Assembly: GCA_052390235.1 (NCBI GenBank)
Contig: JBQTHB010000003.1
Coordinates: 256,001 to 320,000, forward strand
DNA from: Deltaproteobacteria bacterium
Lineage (GTDB): Bacteria; Desulfobacterota_D; UBA1144; Nemesobacterales; CSP1-2
Reading direction: 5' to 3'
DNA: 64,000 nucleotides
The notes beneath the pieces were generated by a model. That model was not told where the DNA came from. It was given only the letters and a program-made list of their open reading frames with translations, and searched no databases. Of this stretch, positions 48,805 through 58,545 are shown piece after piece. A program made the translations under genes and the position numbers. Numbering within the stretch: position 1 is the first letter of the stretch; the number at the start of each line of letters is the position of its first letter.

Positions 48805-51108
48805 ATGAATAAGACAGCCCCTTTCGAGAGAGCGGATTTTCATCTGAAAGTCATCCACGAGATAAGCGAACTTGTGAATCAGTCCACGGGGCTTGACAAC
48901 ATCCTAAGGGGCGTGGTCAATAAAATCGGCGACTCCCTTCATTTCGACGTCGTGTCAATCTACATCTGGGACAAAGAGAGCCGCGAGCTTACCCTCAAAT
49001 CCACTCGGGGGCTGAGCGTTGACCCCATGAATCCCATCCGCCTCAAACCCGAAGAGGGGCTCACCGGACTCGTTTTCCAAACCCTAAGACCGCTCACCGC
49101 GATGCCCGCATCCCTGCATCCGCGCTACAAATACTTCGCCGAAACGGGCGAAGAGAAATACGAGAGCTACATCGGAATTCCAATACTCCTTCGCAACACC
49201 TGCGTCGGCGTCCTAGTGGGGCAGACCAAAGAGCGGAGACACATAAACCCAGCCGAGGAGTCCATTTTTCAGATAATAGCCTCGCGCCTTGCGGGACTTC
49301 TGGAGGTTGCCGACAGGCTTGAACGTCTTAAAACCGAATCCATCGCCAAGCGTGAGACGAGAACCTACCAAGGCAAAGGCGTTTCCGGCGGATTCGCCGT
49401 CGGCACGGTGCATCTGTCCCGCGGGATGTTCGAGCAACTCAAATCCGATGAAATAGAAGCGCAAAGCCCCGAGGAGGAAATCCTGAGGCTCTCGAAAGCC
49501 ATGGAAGACACCGAGCGCGAGTTTCAGGCGACGATTCACGCGCTTGAAGCCGAGGGTACGCTGTCCGAGAGCGAGATAAATATATTTCAGGTGCATCTGC
49601 TCATCGTCAGAGACCCGACATTCAAAAACCCGATAGTCGAGCAAATTCGGCATAAACGCCTCGCCGCTGAAATCGCCGTCATCGAGGGCATCGAGACCAT
49701 AGCGCGCCATTTCGAGAACCTAAGCGACCGCTACATGAAAGAGCGCGCGGCGGACTTCCGCGACATTGGGGAGAAAATCCTGCATCACTTAGTCTCCATG
49801 CGCGGGGAATCATCGCCGTCCTCGCCGCCGAAAGAAGGCTCGATACTCGTTGCCTACGACGTGGGCCCGTCTTTTTTAGCCATGCTCAATAAAAGCAAAG
49901 TTGCCGCGATGGTAACAGAAAAGGGGGGCGAGACCTCTCATACGGCAATCTTGGCGAAATCCCTCGGAATTCCCGCCGTCGTTGGCATCGAGGACATCTG
50001 CGACATGGTCGAATTCGGAACGAAACTGCTCGTGGATGGTAAAACCGGTTTTGTCTTCTCAAATCCAGACGAGAGCCTAATCTCCGAGTATCAAAACACC
50101 TACAGCCGCCTAGCCAAGCTCCAAGAGGTCATCGAGAGACAGTCCGAAGAGGCGTCCGACAACGAGGGGACGAGGATTTCGCTCTCGGCAAACATCGGTT
50201 TTCCCGTTGACGTTGGCATGGCAAAGCAGTATCGGCTTAGGGACGTGGGGCTGTTCAGGACGGAGTTTGCCTTTACGCAGTACGACTCATGGCCCAACGT
50301 AGAGGCGCAGACGAAAATCTACGAGGAAGTGGGCAGTCGGTTCGAGGGCTACGTTACGGTGAGGACGCTGGATGTGGGGGCTGATAAAATTCTGCCCTAT
50401 TTCTCGTTCCCCAAGGAAGAAAACCCGCTTCTTGGGCTTCGGGCGATTCGTTTTTCAATGGAGTATTTAGAGCTTTTCAGGGACCAGATAAGGGCGATTT
50501 TAATCGCCGGACAGAGGGGCGGATGCCGATTTAGAATTTTGCTTCCGATGGTGTCGAATGTGTGGGAAGTGGAAACGGCGAGGGAAATCATGGAGGAAGC
50601 CGGAGAGGGGCTTGGAATCCCGAAAGAGGGTCTGCCGCCGCTGGGACTAATGATGGAAGTGCCGGCGATAGTATATCAGCTTGAGGACTATAGAGACCTG
50701 ATTGATTTTCTCTCCATTGGGACGAACGACCTCATTCAGTACATCCTCGCGATAGATAGAAATTCCAACGTCGTAGGGCATCTGTATTCGGGATTTCATC
50801 CGGCGGTGCTGAGGGCGCTAAACGAGATATTCGTCAAGTCTAGCTCGCTTGGGAAGGAGATATCCATCTGCGGCGAGATGGCGGGGTCTCCGTCCGGGGC
50901 TTTGGCTCTAATGTCCATTGGGTATAGGAATTTAAGCGTCTCTCCTCAGCGCGCGCCTGTCTTGAGGTATCTGGCAAAGAAAATCACCGGAGACGTTCTC
51001 GGGATTGTGCGCAACAGGATTCTAAACGAGAGAAAAGAGAGCGAAATCCGAAGATATATTATCGAGGTGCTTGAATCGCTGGACTCGGCTTTTGTGGAGC
51101 TTGAGTAA
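48805..51108 (+). CDS. ptsP: GAF-containing PEP-protein phosphotransferase (EI-Ntr)
   Basis: N-terminal GAF; TSHTAI phospho-His, GLFRTEF, RTLD.G.DK, IGTNDL.QY, ICGEMA. Confidence 0.93.
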   Translation: MNKTAPFERADFHLKVIHEISELVNQSTGLDNILRGVVNKIGDSLHFDVVSIYIWDKESRELTLKSTRGLSVDPMNPIRLKPEEGLTGLVFQTLRPLTAMPASLHPRYKYFAETGEEKYESYIGIPILLRNTCVGVLVGQTKERRHINPAEESIFQIIASRLAGLLEVADRLERLKTESIAKRETRTYQGKGVSGGFAVGTVHLSRGMFEQLKSDEIEAQSPEEEILRLSKAMEDTEREFQATIHALEAEGTLSESEINIFQVHLLIVRDPTFKNPIVEQIRHKRLAAEIAVIEGIETIARHFENLSDRYMKERAADFRDIGEKILHHLVSMRGESSPSSPPKEGSILVAYDVGPSFLAMLNKSKVAAMVTEKGGETSHTAILAKSLGIPAVVGIEDICDMVEFGTKLLVDGKTGFVFSNPDESLISEYQNTYSRLAKLQEVIERQSEEASDNEGTRISLSANIGFPVDVGMAKQYRLRDVGLFRTEFAFTQYDSWPNVEAQTKIYEEVGSRFEGYVTVRTLDVGADKILPYFSFPKEENPLLGLRAIRFSMEYLELFRDQIRAILIAGQRGGCRFRILLPMVSNVWEVETAREIMEEAGEGLGIPKEGLPPLGLMMEVPAIVYQLEDYRDLIDFLSIGTNDLIQYILAIDRNSNVVGHLYSGFHPAVLRALNEIFVKSSSLGKEISICGEMAGSPSGALALMSIGYRNLSVSPQRAPVLRYLAKKITGDVLGIVRNRILNERKESEIRRYIIEVLESLDSAFVELE

Positions 51109-51168
51109 CCCACCCTCGTCTCCCCGGCTCAAAGCTACTATTAGATATTTGCGCGGACTGAAATCGCA

Positions 51169-52056
51169 ATGACCAGAAACCATATTATTCTCTTTATCGG
51201 CACTCTATTTACGACGTTCGTAGCCGGATACCTCCAGGGCGGGGGCGTTGCCGGAGGGATTTCCTTCTCGGCGACACTAGTTTTCATACTCGGCTCTCAT
51301 GAAATGGGGCATTATCTCTACGGCAGAAAGTACGGGGTGGACATCTCGCCGCCGTATTTTATTCCCGCGCCGCCGATAATCTCTCCCATCGGGACGTTCG
51401 GGGCGTTCATAAAAATCAAATCCCAGATTACGACAAAACAAGCGCTGTTCGACATCGGAATCGCGGGCCCAATAGCGGGAGTGGCGGCGGCGATACCGGC
51501 GCTTATCGTCGGAATGAGCCTGTCCAAAGTCGTGGCGACTCAGGGGGCGGAGGCGCAAAAGGGAATCATCCTGGGCTCTCCCCTGATATTTTCATATCTG
51601 TCGGATGCAATTTGGGGCCCCATCCTGGAGGGCTACGACCTGCTCCTGCACCCCGTGGCGTTCGCCGGATGGATAGGGCTGTTTATTACGGCGCTCAATC
51701 TCATCCCCGCGGGACAGCTCGATGGGGGGCATATCATCTACTCGCTTCTGCCTCGCAGGTGGTATCGGCGCATCTCAATCGCCATAGTGTGCGCGCTGCT
51801 CATTTTGGGCATAGGCACAAGCCCCATCGCGGCTGGGCTTGAGATGCTATCCATAGCAAATCCATTCGGGCAGAGCCTCGCCTTCGACGGGTGGCCCGGA
51901 TGGGCAATGTGGGCGGTACTGCTCTGCGTTATGGGAATTAAACACCCGCCGACGCTCCACGATGAGCTTCCCTTGGGCAGGGGACGGCGAATTCTAGGGG
52001 GTATCGCCCTGCTGCTCTTCATCGGATGCTTTACGCCCATGCCGATAAGACTGTGA
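51169..52056 (+). CDS. Site-2 protease (M50 family)
   Basis: HEMGH, GIAGP, NLIPAGQLDGGH, multiple TM segments. Confidence 0.93.
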   Translation: MTRNHIILFIGTLFTTFVAGYLQGGGVAGGISFSATLVFILGSHEMGHYLYGRKYGVDISPPYFIPAPPIISPIGTFGAFIKIKSQITTKQALFDIGIAGPIAGVAAAIPALIVGMSLSKVVATQGAEAQKGIILGSPLIFSYLSDAIWGPILEGYDLLLHPVAFAGWIGLFITALNLIPAGQLDGGHIIYSLLPRRWYRRISIAIVCALLILGIGTSPIAAGLEMLSIANPFGQSLAFDGWPGWAMWAVLLCVMGIKHPPTLHDELPLGRGRRILGGIALLLFIGCFTPMPIRL

Positions 52057-52165
52057 TGATTCACGATGGCAGTCGGGACACTATCGCAACGGCGCTTTCG
52101 AGATGGCGCTTGGTCTCGCAACTCAAAACTAAAAACTCCCATCTACCGTTCTAATTTGTAGATTC

Positions 52166-52750
52166 TCAGCACCACCCGACCGGGGCGTCCATTGTCATGG
52201 TCAATCCCAGCCAGAGCGGGGCGAGCGTGTGCTTATAGGAGATAAAATCCTCGATTCTGCTGTCAGGGTTGCACTGCCACATATTAAATTTATCGAATAT
52301 GAGCTTTAGCCTCGCCTTCACGGGCGGGGAGTCAAAGCCCCAGATGAAATCCCCCTCCGTCGAGGGGAAAAAGAGCCTGAAGAAAAGCACTTGGTTGACC
52401 ACGTGGTCTTTAATGCGGAGCTTGCCGGCGGCGTTGAGCCATCTTAAATCAACCCAGCCTGTACGCACCCAGCTGTAGCCGCTTCCAAAGGTCTTGGCGA
52501 GATTTCTCGATAGCCCAAGACGCTCTGCCGCCTTCGAGGCGAGTTCCGCGAAGACGTAAGCCGCCTCAAGCGTGAGATAGTCGTGTACGGGGATTTTCCT
52601 CTCCATATCCATCAGGCTGTTGGTTAGGTAGAGATTTCCGTTTACCTGTCGTTTGAGGCTAAATTCGCCTGTATCGCCGCACAGTTGGAGCGATATTTGA
52701 ATGTTTTCCCACTCGCGTCTGGCTATTTGAACGGCTGATTGAATTTCCAT
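52166..52750 (-). CDS. Hypothetical protein
   Basis: GAGGG SD; 194-aa ORF with no competing gene. Confidence 0.7.
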   Translation of the reverse strand: MEIQSAVQIARREWENIQISLQLCGDTGEFSLKRQVNGNLYLTNSLMDMERKIPVHDYLTLEAAYVFAELASKAAERLGLSRNLAKTFGSGYSWVRTGWVDLRWLNAAGKLRIKDHVVNQVLFFRLFFPSTEGDFIWGFDSPPVKARLKLIFDKFNMWQCNPDSRIEDFISYKHTLAPLWLGLTMTMDAPVGWC

Positions 52751-52809
52751 TTACCCTCTGAATTATCTTAATTTTCAACCTCATTCACGGTGAATGATAG
52801 AGAGGGTAA

Positions 52810-52847
52810 ATTAAACGGGCGTGAAAGGGGGATTAAACGCGTGTTAA
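52810..52847 (-). promoter_or_regulatory. 11-bp-periodic repeats (Pho-box-like)
   Basis: Minus strand TTAAC/TTAAT/TTCAC/TTAAT at 11-bp spacing, about 60 bp before the 52750 start. Confidence 0.65.
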
Positions 52848-52870
52848 TATGGCAGGATTAGCGCAGAGCA

Positions 52871-53872
52871 TCAGGGCATCCGCGCCGGGGATTTTATCAG
52901 CCCCTCTCCCGCGCACCAGTCAATAATGCTCGCTATTGCCTCGCGCGGGGTGTGGAATTTCACTCCAAGCTCTTGGCAGGCTTTGCGGTTCAATCCTGCC
53001 CCTCCGTACTGCATCGCCCTCACAGCATCGAGAGAGAATTCAGGCGGCGCACCCGTGAAAAACGCTTTTATCTCCGAGGCGGCGGCAATGAGCTTCATCA
53101 CGAAAGGAGGAACGCTCATTTGTGGTAGGGGGGCTCCGGTCATTTCGGCAACGAGCTTATATAAATCCCGAACCCTGATGTTCTCCCCCACGATGATATA
53201 TCTGTGCCCCGTCCGCCCCCAGCGCGCCGCCCTGATGTGAGCGTCAACCACGTCATCAATATAGACTATCGGGGCTAGGCTGTCTTCAAATGCCGCCGCT
53301 TTGAGTTCGCCGTTTAGGAGTTTTATGAGAGTCTTGGCGAATGTTTTCACGTCGCCAGGGCCTATGACGACGCCGGGGTTGAGAATCACCACCGGAAGCC
53401 CCCTTTCGGAGTGGAGTTTTAGTAGCTCCCGTTCGGCGAGGAATTTCGACCTCCCGTACGCGCTCTCGAAATCTCCGGGATGCGCCATATCCTCGGTTGT
53501 CATCGCCCCGCCCGGCTGTCTTATGGCGGCAAGAGAGCTGGTGAAAACCGCCCTGCCGACTCCCTCCTCAAGGGCGAGTTCCATGAGCTTTCTCGTCCCC
53601 TCGACGTTGACCCTCTGGTAGAGACTCTTATCGGGAATCCACCACTTGCAGACGTTTCCGAGATGAAACAGCACGTCCGCCCCCACGAGCGCGCCCCGCA
53701 GGGATTCAATATCGAGAATATCGCCGACTATGGTCTCGACGCCGCGGCGATTAAGCTCTGCCGCCTTGCGTTCATCCCTGGCTAGAGCTTTCACCGAGTC
53801 GCCATCCCGAAGGAGACGGTCAATCAAACGCCCGCCGATAAACCCCGTGCCTCCGGTTACAAAAGCCCTCAT
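52871..53872 (-). CDS. NAD-dependent epimerase/dehydratase (HpnA/DFR-like extended SDR)
   Basis: TGGTGFIG, YGRSK. Confidence 0.9.
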   Translation of the reverse strand: MRAFVTGGTGFIGGRLIDRLLRDGDSVKALARDERKAAELNRRGVETIVGDILDIESLRGALVGADVLFHLGNVCKWWIPDKSLYQRVNVEGTRKLMELALEEGVGRAVFTSSLAAIRQPGGAMTTEDMAHPGDFESAYGRSKFLAERELLKLHSERGLPVVILNPGVVIGPGDVKTFAKTLIKLLNGELKAAAFEDSLAPIVYIDDVVDAHIRAARWGRTGHRYIIVGENIRVRDLYKLVAEMTGAPLPQMSVPPFVMKLIAAASEIKAFFTGAPPEFSLDAVRAMQYGGAGLNRKACQELGVKFHTPREAIASIIDWCAGEGLIKSPARMP

Positions 53873-54051
53873 GAGAAACTCTGCCTCGTCATTTAGAGCG
53901 GACCTGCCCGCCGCTACAGGGGCGGGAGAAAATTAGAAAAAGCTACGGAATATCTGGGAACGGAACAGGGCCGCAGCACGCGGCTTATTTATATGGTGGG
54001 ATTCTGGTACAGCGATGCGTCCCGGGTAGATTGGGAGCAAGGCGCGCGAGT

Positions 54052-54282
54052 TCAAGAAATCGCCCTGCCCGCCCTTGCCGCGGTGGGCGCTTGAGATTTT
54101 ACCGAGAAATAAATGCGCTCAAACTCCTCCCGCGGGATGACGCCTCTATCAAACAACGCCCCTACCAGAGTCCAAGTAAAGCTCTTTTCGTCTATCTCGA
54201 AGCCGTTTTGCTTTAGTATGACTAGTATCGAATCCAGAGCCTCTTGAGCCGAGTAATCCCCATATTCCTGCCTGAAATTCAT
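54052..54282 (-). CDS. Small hypothetical protein
   Basis: AAGGGGG SD before ATG 54282; near-consensus promoter upstream. Confidence 0.6.
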   Translation of the reverse strand: MNFRQEYGDYSAQEALDSILVILKQNGFEIDEKSFTWTLVGALFDRGVIPREEFERIYFSVKSQAPTAARAGRAIS

Positions 54283-54353
54283 CTCTATATCCCCCTTTGA
54301 TATGCGAGCAAGTCGAAACGCCATCCGTAGCCAGTGAGCGCCTTAACACAGGA

Positions 54354-54382
54354 TTTATATAATTTATCGAGATAATTGTCAA
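54354..54382 (-). promoter_or_regulatory. Sigma-70 promoter
   Basis: TTGACA-N17-TATAAA; TTATC-TC-GATAA palindrome in the spacer. Confidence 0.6.
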
Positions 54383-54485
54383 GCGTTTCTTTCGGACTCA
54401 AAATCGGCGGAGAGTGGCTTGACACAGAGACGAGCGGGAATTGATAATTAGCCAGACAAATACTTGCAGGAGGATATTTTTGGCC

Positions 54486-55472
54486 ATGAAATACAGGAAA
54501 CTCGGCAGTTCGGATTTGACCGTCTCCGAAATCGGATTCGGCTGTTGGGCAATGGGAGGCGGCTGGGGCGAGGTCAGCGACCGAGATTCCGTCTCAAGCG
54601 TCGTGAGGGCGATTGATTTGGGAATCAATTTCTTCGACACCGCCGACATCTACGGTTTCGGACACTCGGAGGAGGTATTAGCCGGCGCGCTCGGCTCAAG
54701 GAGAGGGGACGTCGTCATTGCCACAAAGGGCGGGCTCGTTTGGGACGACGCCGGACGCATCATCGCGCGCTCAGGGGCAAGGGATTATCTCGCAAAGGCG
54801 CTGGAGGCGAGCCTGCGCCGTCTCAATACTGACTACGTTGACCTCTATCAGATTCACTGGCCCGACTCGAATACCCCGCTTGAAGAGACGATGAGAGCGC
54901 TGGAGGAGTTTCAAAAATCCGGCAAAGCGCGCTACGTTGGCGTGTCCAATTTCACCGCCGCTCAGATGAGAGACTGCCTTGGAGCGGGGCAGATTCACTC
55001 CCTTCAGCCCCCGTACAATATGCTTATGAGAGAAGCAGAAAGAGAGCTTTTCCCGTTCTGTTCAGAGCGCGGCATTGGGGTTTTGGCTTACGGCCCCCTT
55101 GCCTACGGGCTTCTCACGGGAAAATACACGGAAAAATCCGAATTCCCAGCCACGGACTGGCGCGGGGGGAAGCTGTTTCCAGACCCCGGCGAGTGGAAGA
55201 GGCATATCGACCTCTTTCACGGGGATGGGTTCAGGCGGAATCTCGAAATCGTAGCTCTCATAAAGGGCATAGCCCAGAAGCGCGGCAAAACCCCGGGGCA
55301 GGTAGCCATCGCATGGGCGCTCGCTCATCCTGCCGTATCGTGCGCCCTTGTGGGGGCGAGACGCCCATCGCAGGTTGAGGATAACGCCGCCGCTTCCGGG
55401 TGGACGCTTCCCCCAGAGGACATGGCGAAAATCAATGATGCGACGGGCGGGGGAATAAAATACAGTGATTAG
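54486..55472 (+). CDS. Aldo/keto reductase
   Basis: GINFFDTADIYG, ATKGG, DLYQIHWP, GVSNF; start at MKYRKLG. Confidence 0.94.
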   Translation: MKYRKLGSSDLTVSEIGFGCWAMGGGWGEVSDRDSVSSVVRAIDLGINFFDTADIYGFGHSEEVLAGALGSRRGDVVIATKGGLVWDDAGRIIARSGARDYLAKALEASLRRLNTDYVDLYQIHWPDSNTPLEETMRALEEFQKSGKARYVGVSNFTAAQMRDCLGAGQIHSLQPPYNMLMREAERELFPFCSERGIGVLAYGPLAYGLLTGKYTEKSEFPATDWRGGKLFPDPGEWKRHIDLFHGDGFRRNLEIVALIKGIAQKRGKTPGQVAIAWALAHPAVSCALVGARRPSQVEDNAAASGWTLPPEDMAKINDATGGGIKYSD

Positions 55473-55569
55473 TTTTGAGTTTTTAGTTTCTAGTTTTGAG
55501 ACTAAAAAATAACCACCAACCACTAAAAACTAATCACTGCGTTTCTCCATATCTTCGAGCCTTGTAGCG

Positions 55570-57408
55570 TTAAGCCCCTTTCGCCGCGGCATCCGAGCCG
55601 TTTTCGGAGTTGGAGTTTCTCTTGAGTCTCCTGTTCCAGGGCGGATATTTGAGCAGTCCCGCAAGGGCGGATCTGAGCTGCGCTCGCTCTAGGATGAGGT
55701 GAATCCCCCCGTGCTTGGCGTAGAATTCCGAGTTCATTACGTTGGGCGACACCCCTCTTCCGCCGCTCGTCAGCTTCACGACCCTGTCGCCAGCAAAGGC
55801 GATGGTGGCTTTTTTCTCTGCAATAATGAAATCCCCTTGGACGGCGTAGCTCGCAAGCGCGCCTCCGGTTGTGGGGTGTCCGAGAATGGAGATATAGGGA
55901 AGCCCTGACTCCTTGAGCCTCAGCAGGGCTGATATGGTTTTGGCCATTTGATAAAGCGCGATGGTGCCTTCCTGCATCCTCGCCCCTCCAGTTGCCGACA
56001 CGGAAACGAGGGGAAGCCTCTTTTTTATGGCGTACTCCACGATAAGTTTCATTTTCTCGCCGAAAACTGCCCCCATAGAGCCGCCCATAAACCGGAAATC
56101 GCAGACGGCTATTGCAAGCGGTACGTCGGCTATAGTTCCATAGCCGGTAACCAGAGAGTCTTTCGAGTCGGTTTGATTGGCAAATTTGAGTCGGCTCTCG
56201 GAGTAGTCGAAGAAATCAAATCGGGATTCGATGTTCTCGGCGCTTAGGTCGGGGTTTAGCTCGTGGAAAGAGCCGCCGTCGAGCAGGAGATTGAGATAAT
56301 AATCCGACCCTAGGGATATTGGGCGCTGGCAGAACGGGCAGGAGTAGAAATTCTCCTGAAACTCCTTTTGAGTCGTGCGCTCACGGCATCCGTGGCGAAT
56401 CACCTTGCCGTCGGAATCCTTTTCGTCGTTGCAGACATAAGGCTCTGCGCCGTAGAGGGCGATTTGCATCTGCTTTACCTCTGGGGTTACAGTTCGCCGG
56501 AGCGAGGGAAACCACAGCTTCAGTTTCTTGGCAAATGCCTTATAGCGGCGCGGCTTGTTTTCGAGCTGTCCGCATTCCTCTATGCGCTCTCTGAGCTTTT
56601 TCTGGAGGTAGCCGATGTCGGTCTGCTCAAGCTCCTCCATAGCCTGAGCAATTCCCTTTTGCACGTTTTCGAGAATCTTTGGGAGGTAATCGTAGTCGTC
56701 TAGGGACGGCTCTTTAATGATTCTGTCCACGATTTTGTATTTAAGCATATAATCCGCCGTCGGCTGAAGCACCTTCAGGGCTTCTTCAACGCTCGATGCG
56801 TTTCTGAAGAGGATGGCGGAGCAACCCTCTGCCGTTATTACCGAATATTCAGCCATCGAGAGCATAAGTCGTTTATGAGCCAGTTGAAGGGCGATGGCAC
56901 CGCCGCTTCCGCCCAGCCCAAGCACGGTGGATATGCTCTTTGCGCCGAGGGAGATCATCTTCGCCTGACAGTACGAAATGAGCCACGACTGGAGCTTTTC
57001 AGCCGAGTACTCAAAGGGGTCTCCGCCGATGGTGTCAATGAACGTGTGCAGCATGAGAGCGTTTCGCTCAGCGTACTGCATCATGTTCAGTGAAAGCCCG
57101 TAGCCGTCGGCTTTGACGAGACCGTAGTTGAGCTTTGCCCGCTCGGCGTCGCTTGAGGGAGTCCTCTGGGCGATGATTGCGACTTTTTTCTTCTTGCTCT
57201 TAAACGTAGCCGTGCCGATAATAACCGCCGGGTCGTCGGCAAATTCTATTATTTTGCCAGAAGGAGTCGCGAGTTTATTCGAGAAATCTCTGATTTCCGT
57301 CCAAGGAACGAAATCCGAATACTCGGATTCAATCACATGGGTCGCTTTTACCCGCGCATAGGATTTTGCCTGTTCGTGAACCGCCAGCATAGAAGAGATA
57401 CTTCCCAT
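55570..57408 (-). CDS. Fused acetyl-CoA carboxylase carboxyltransferase, alpha (AccA-like) then beta (AccD-like)
   Basis: N-half FIDT.G, GGSGGA, YSVI..EGC.AIL; C-half Zn-finger, DFRFMGGSMG..GEK, GGARMQEG, PTTGG. Confidence 0.85.
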   Translation of the reverse strand: MGSISSMLAVHEQAKSYARVKATHVIESEYSDFVPWTEIRDFSNKLATPSGKIIEFADDPAVIIGTATFKSKKKKVAIIAQRTPSSDAERAKLNYGLVKADGYGLSLNMMQYAERNALMLHTFIDTIGGDPFEYSAEKLQSWLISYCQAKMISLGAKSISTVLGLGGSGGAIALQLAHKRLMLSMAEYSVITAEGCSAILFRNASSVEEALKVLQPTADYMLKYKIVDRIIKEPSLDDYDYLPKILENVQKGIAQAMEELEQTDIGYLQKKLRERIEECGQLENKPRRYKAFAKKLKLWFPSLRRTVTPEVKQMQIALYGAEPYVCNDEKDSDGKVIRHGCRERTTQKEFQENFYSCPFCQRPISLGSDYYLNLLLDGGSFHELNPDLSAENIESRFDFFDYSESRLKFANQTDSKDSLVTGYGTIADVPLAIAVCDFRFMGGSMGAVFGEKMKLIVEYAIKKRLPLVSVSATGGARMQEGTIALYQMAKTISALLRLKESGLPYISILGHPTTGGALASYAVQGDFIIAEKKATIAFAGDRVVKLTSGGRGVSPNVMNSEFYAKHGGIHLILERAQLRSALAGLLKYPPWNRRLKRNSNSENGSDAAAKGA

Positions 57409-57646
57409 TTCCGAGTCGAAACCTCATTGTTTTCAATTTTGACAGCAAGGGCTTAATGATAACCGCCCTTCGATAAAAAATAAACGCCGGGTGGACGGGA
57501 CGACCTTTTGCCGGGACAGGGAGCGTTTGCGAAGCCCCGATGTAACTCCTCGCTTTTTGCGCCCGATTTTATGCTATCATATCGAAAATAAATCGCCCCG
57601 CTTTACCGGCGAAATCAGAGGAATAATAATTCAAGGAGGAGATAAA

Positions 57647-58375
57647 ATGTCAAATAAAATAGCCTTAGCGCTTGCCGCTCTGCTTTTGTGCGCAGGCATC
57701 GTCGCCCCTAGAGCGCACGCCGAGTGCGACAAATGCGAGAGAAGCACCGTTGAAGTTACCGGGCGCGGAGAGGTCAAAGCCAAGCCCGATGTGGCATATC
57801 TGTCCCTCGCCGTGGAGACGACGGCAAAAAAAGCGTCCGACGCCGCGAGAACCAACGCCGAGAAAATGAAAAAAGTCATAGATAACCTCAAAGCCCTCAT
57901 TGGGAGCGAGGATAAAATCTCAACCTCCGGCTATCAGCTGTACCCCATCTACGAGTACAACGATAAGACCAAGAAAACAGACCTCACCGGCTACAGGGCT
58001 ACCAATCAGGCGGTCGTCGAGAGCAGGGATTTAAACAACCTCGGCAAGCTGATTGACGCCGCGACCCAAGTCGGCGCGAACAGAGTGGACGGACTGAGCT
58101 TCGGCACGAATAAAGGTAACGAATTCAAGAACGAGGCTTTGGTCAAAGCAACCGAAAACGCCCGCGAGACCGCAACAGTCGTGGCAAAAGCCGCTGGGGT
58201 GAAGCTGGTTAAAATCATAAGGATTTTCCCGTCATACGACGTGCCTGTCCCCCTTTACAAGCGCGCCGCCGTCGAACAGGTAGCTTACGACTCCGCATCT
58301 GCCGCGCCGACGCCCATTGAACCGGGAGAGATTAACGTCTCGGCTACGGTCAATATCACATTCGAGATAGAGTGA
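57647..58375 (+). CDS. SIMPL (DUF541/YggE-like) periplasmic protein
   Basis: Signal peptide; VTGRGEV...PD, GY.A.N, PIEPGE..V...V...F; AGGAGG SD. Confidence 0.92.
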   Translation: MSNKIALALAALLLCAGIVAPRAHAECDKCERSTVEVTGRGEVKAKPDVAYLSLAVETTAKKASDAARTNAEKMKKVIDNLKALIGSEDKISTSGYQLYPIYEYNDKTKKTDLTGYRATNQAVVESRDLNNLGKLIDAATQVGANRVDGLSFGTNKGNEFKNEALVKATENARETATVVAKAAGVKLVKIIRIFPSYDVPVPLYKRAAVEQVAYDSASAAPTPIEPGEINVSATVNITFEIE

Positions 58376-58545
58376 GCGGGCAAGCGATTGCGACGGTTTA
58401 TTTGGCAATACGCCGACTTCAAGAATTTTAAGCGCAAGATAAAAGTCTCCATCGGAGAACGAGAATCTATACCTTCGACAAGCTCAGGATGAACGGATTA
58501 GCGACACACTCGGAGCTATGAGAGCAATCATAAAATGATGAAACC

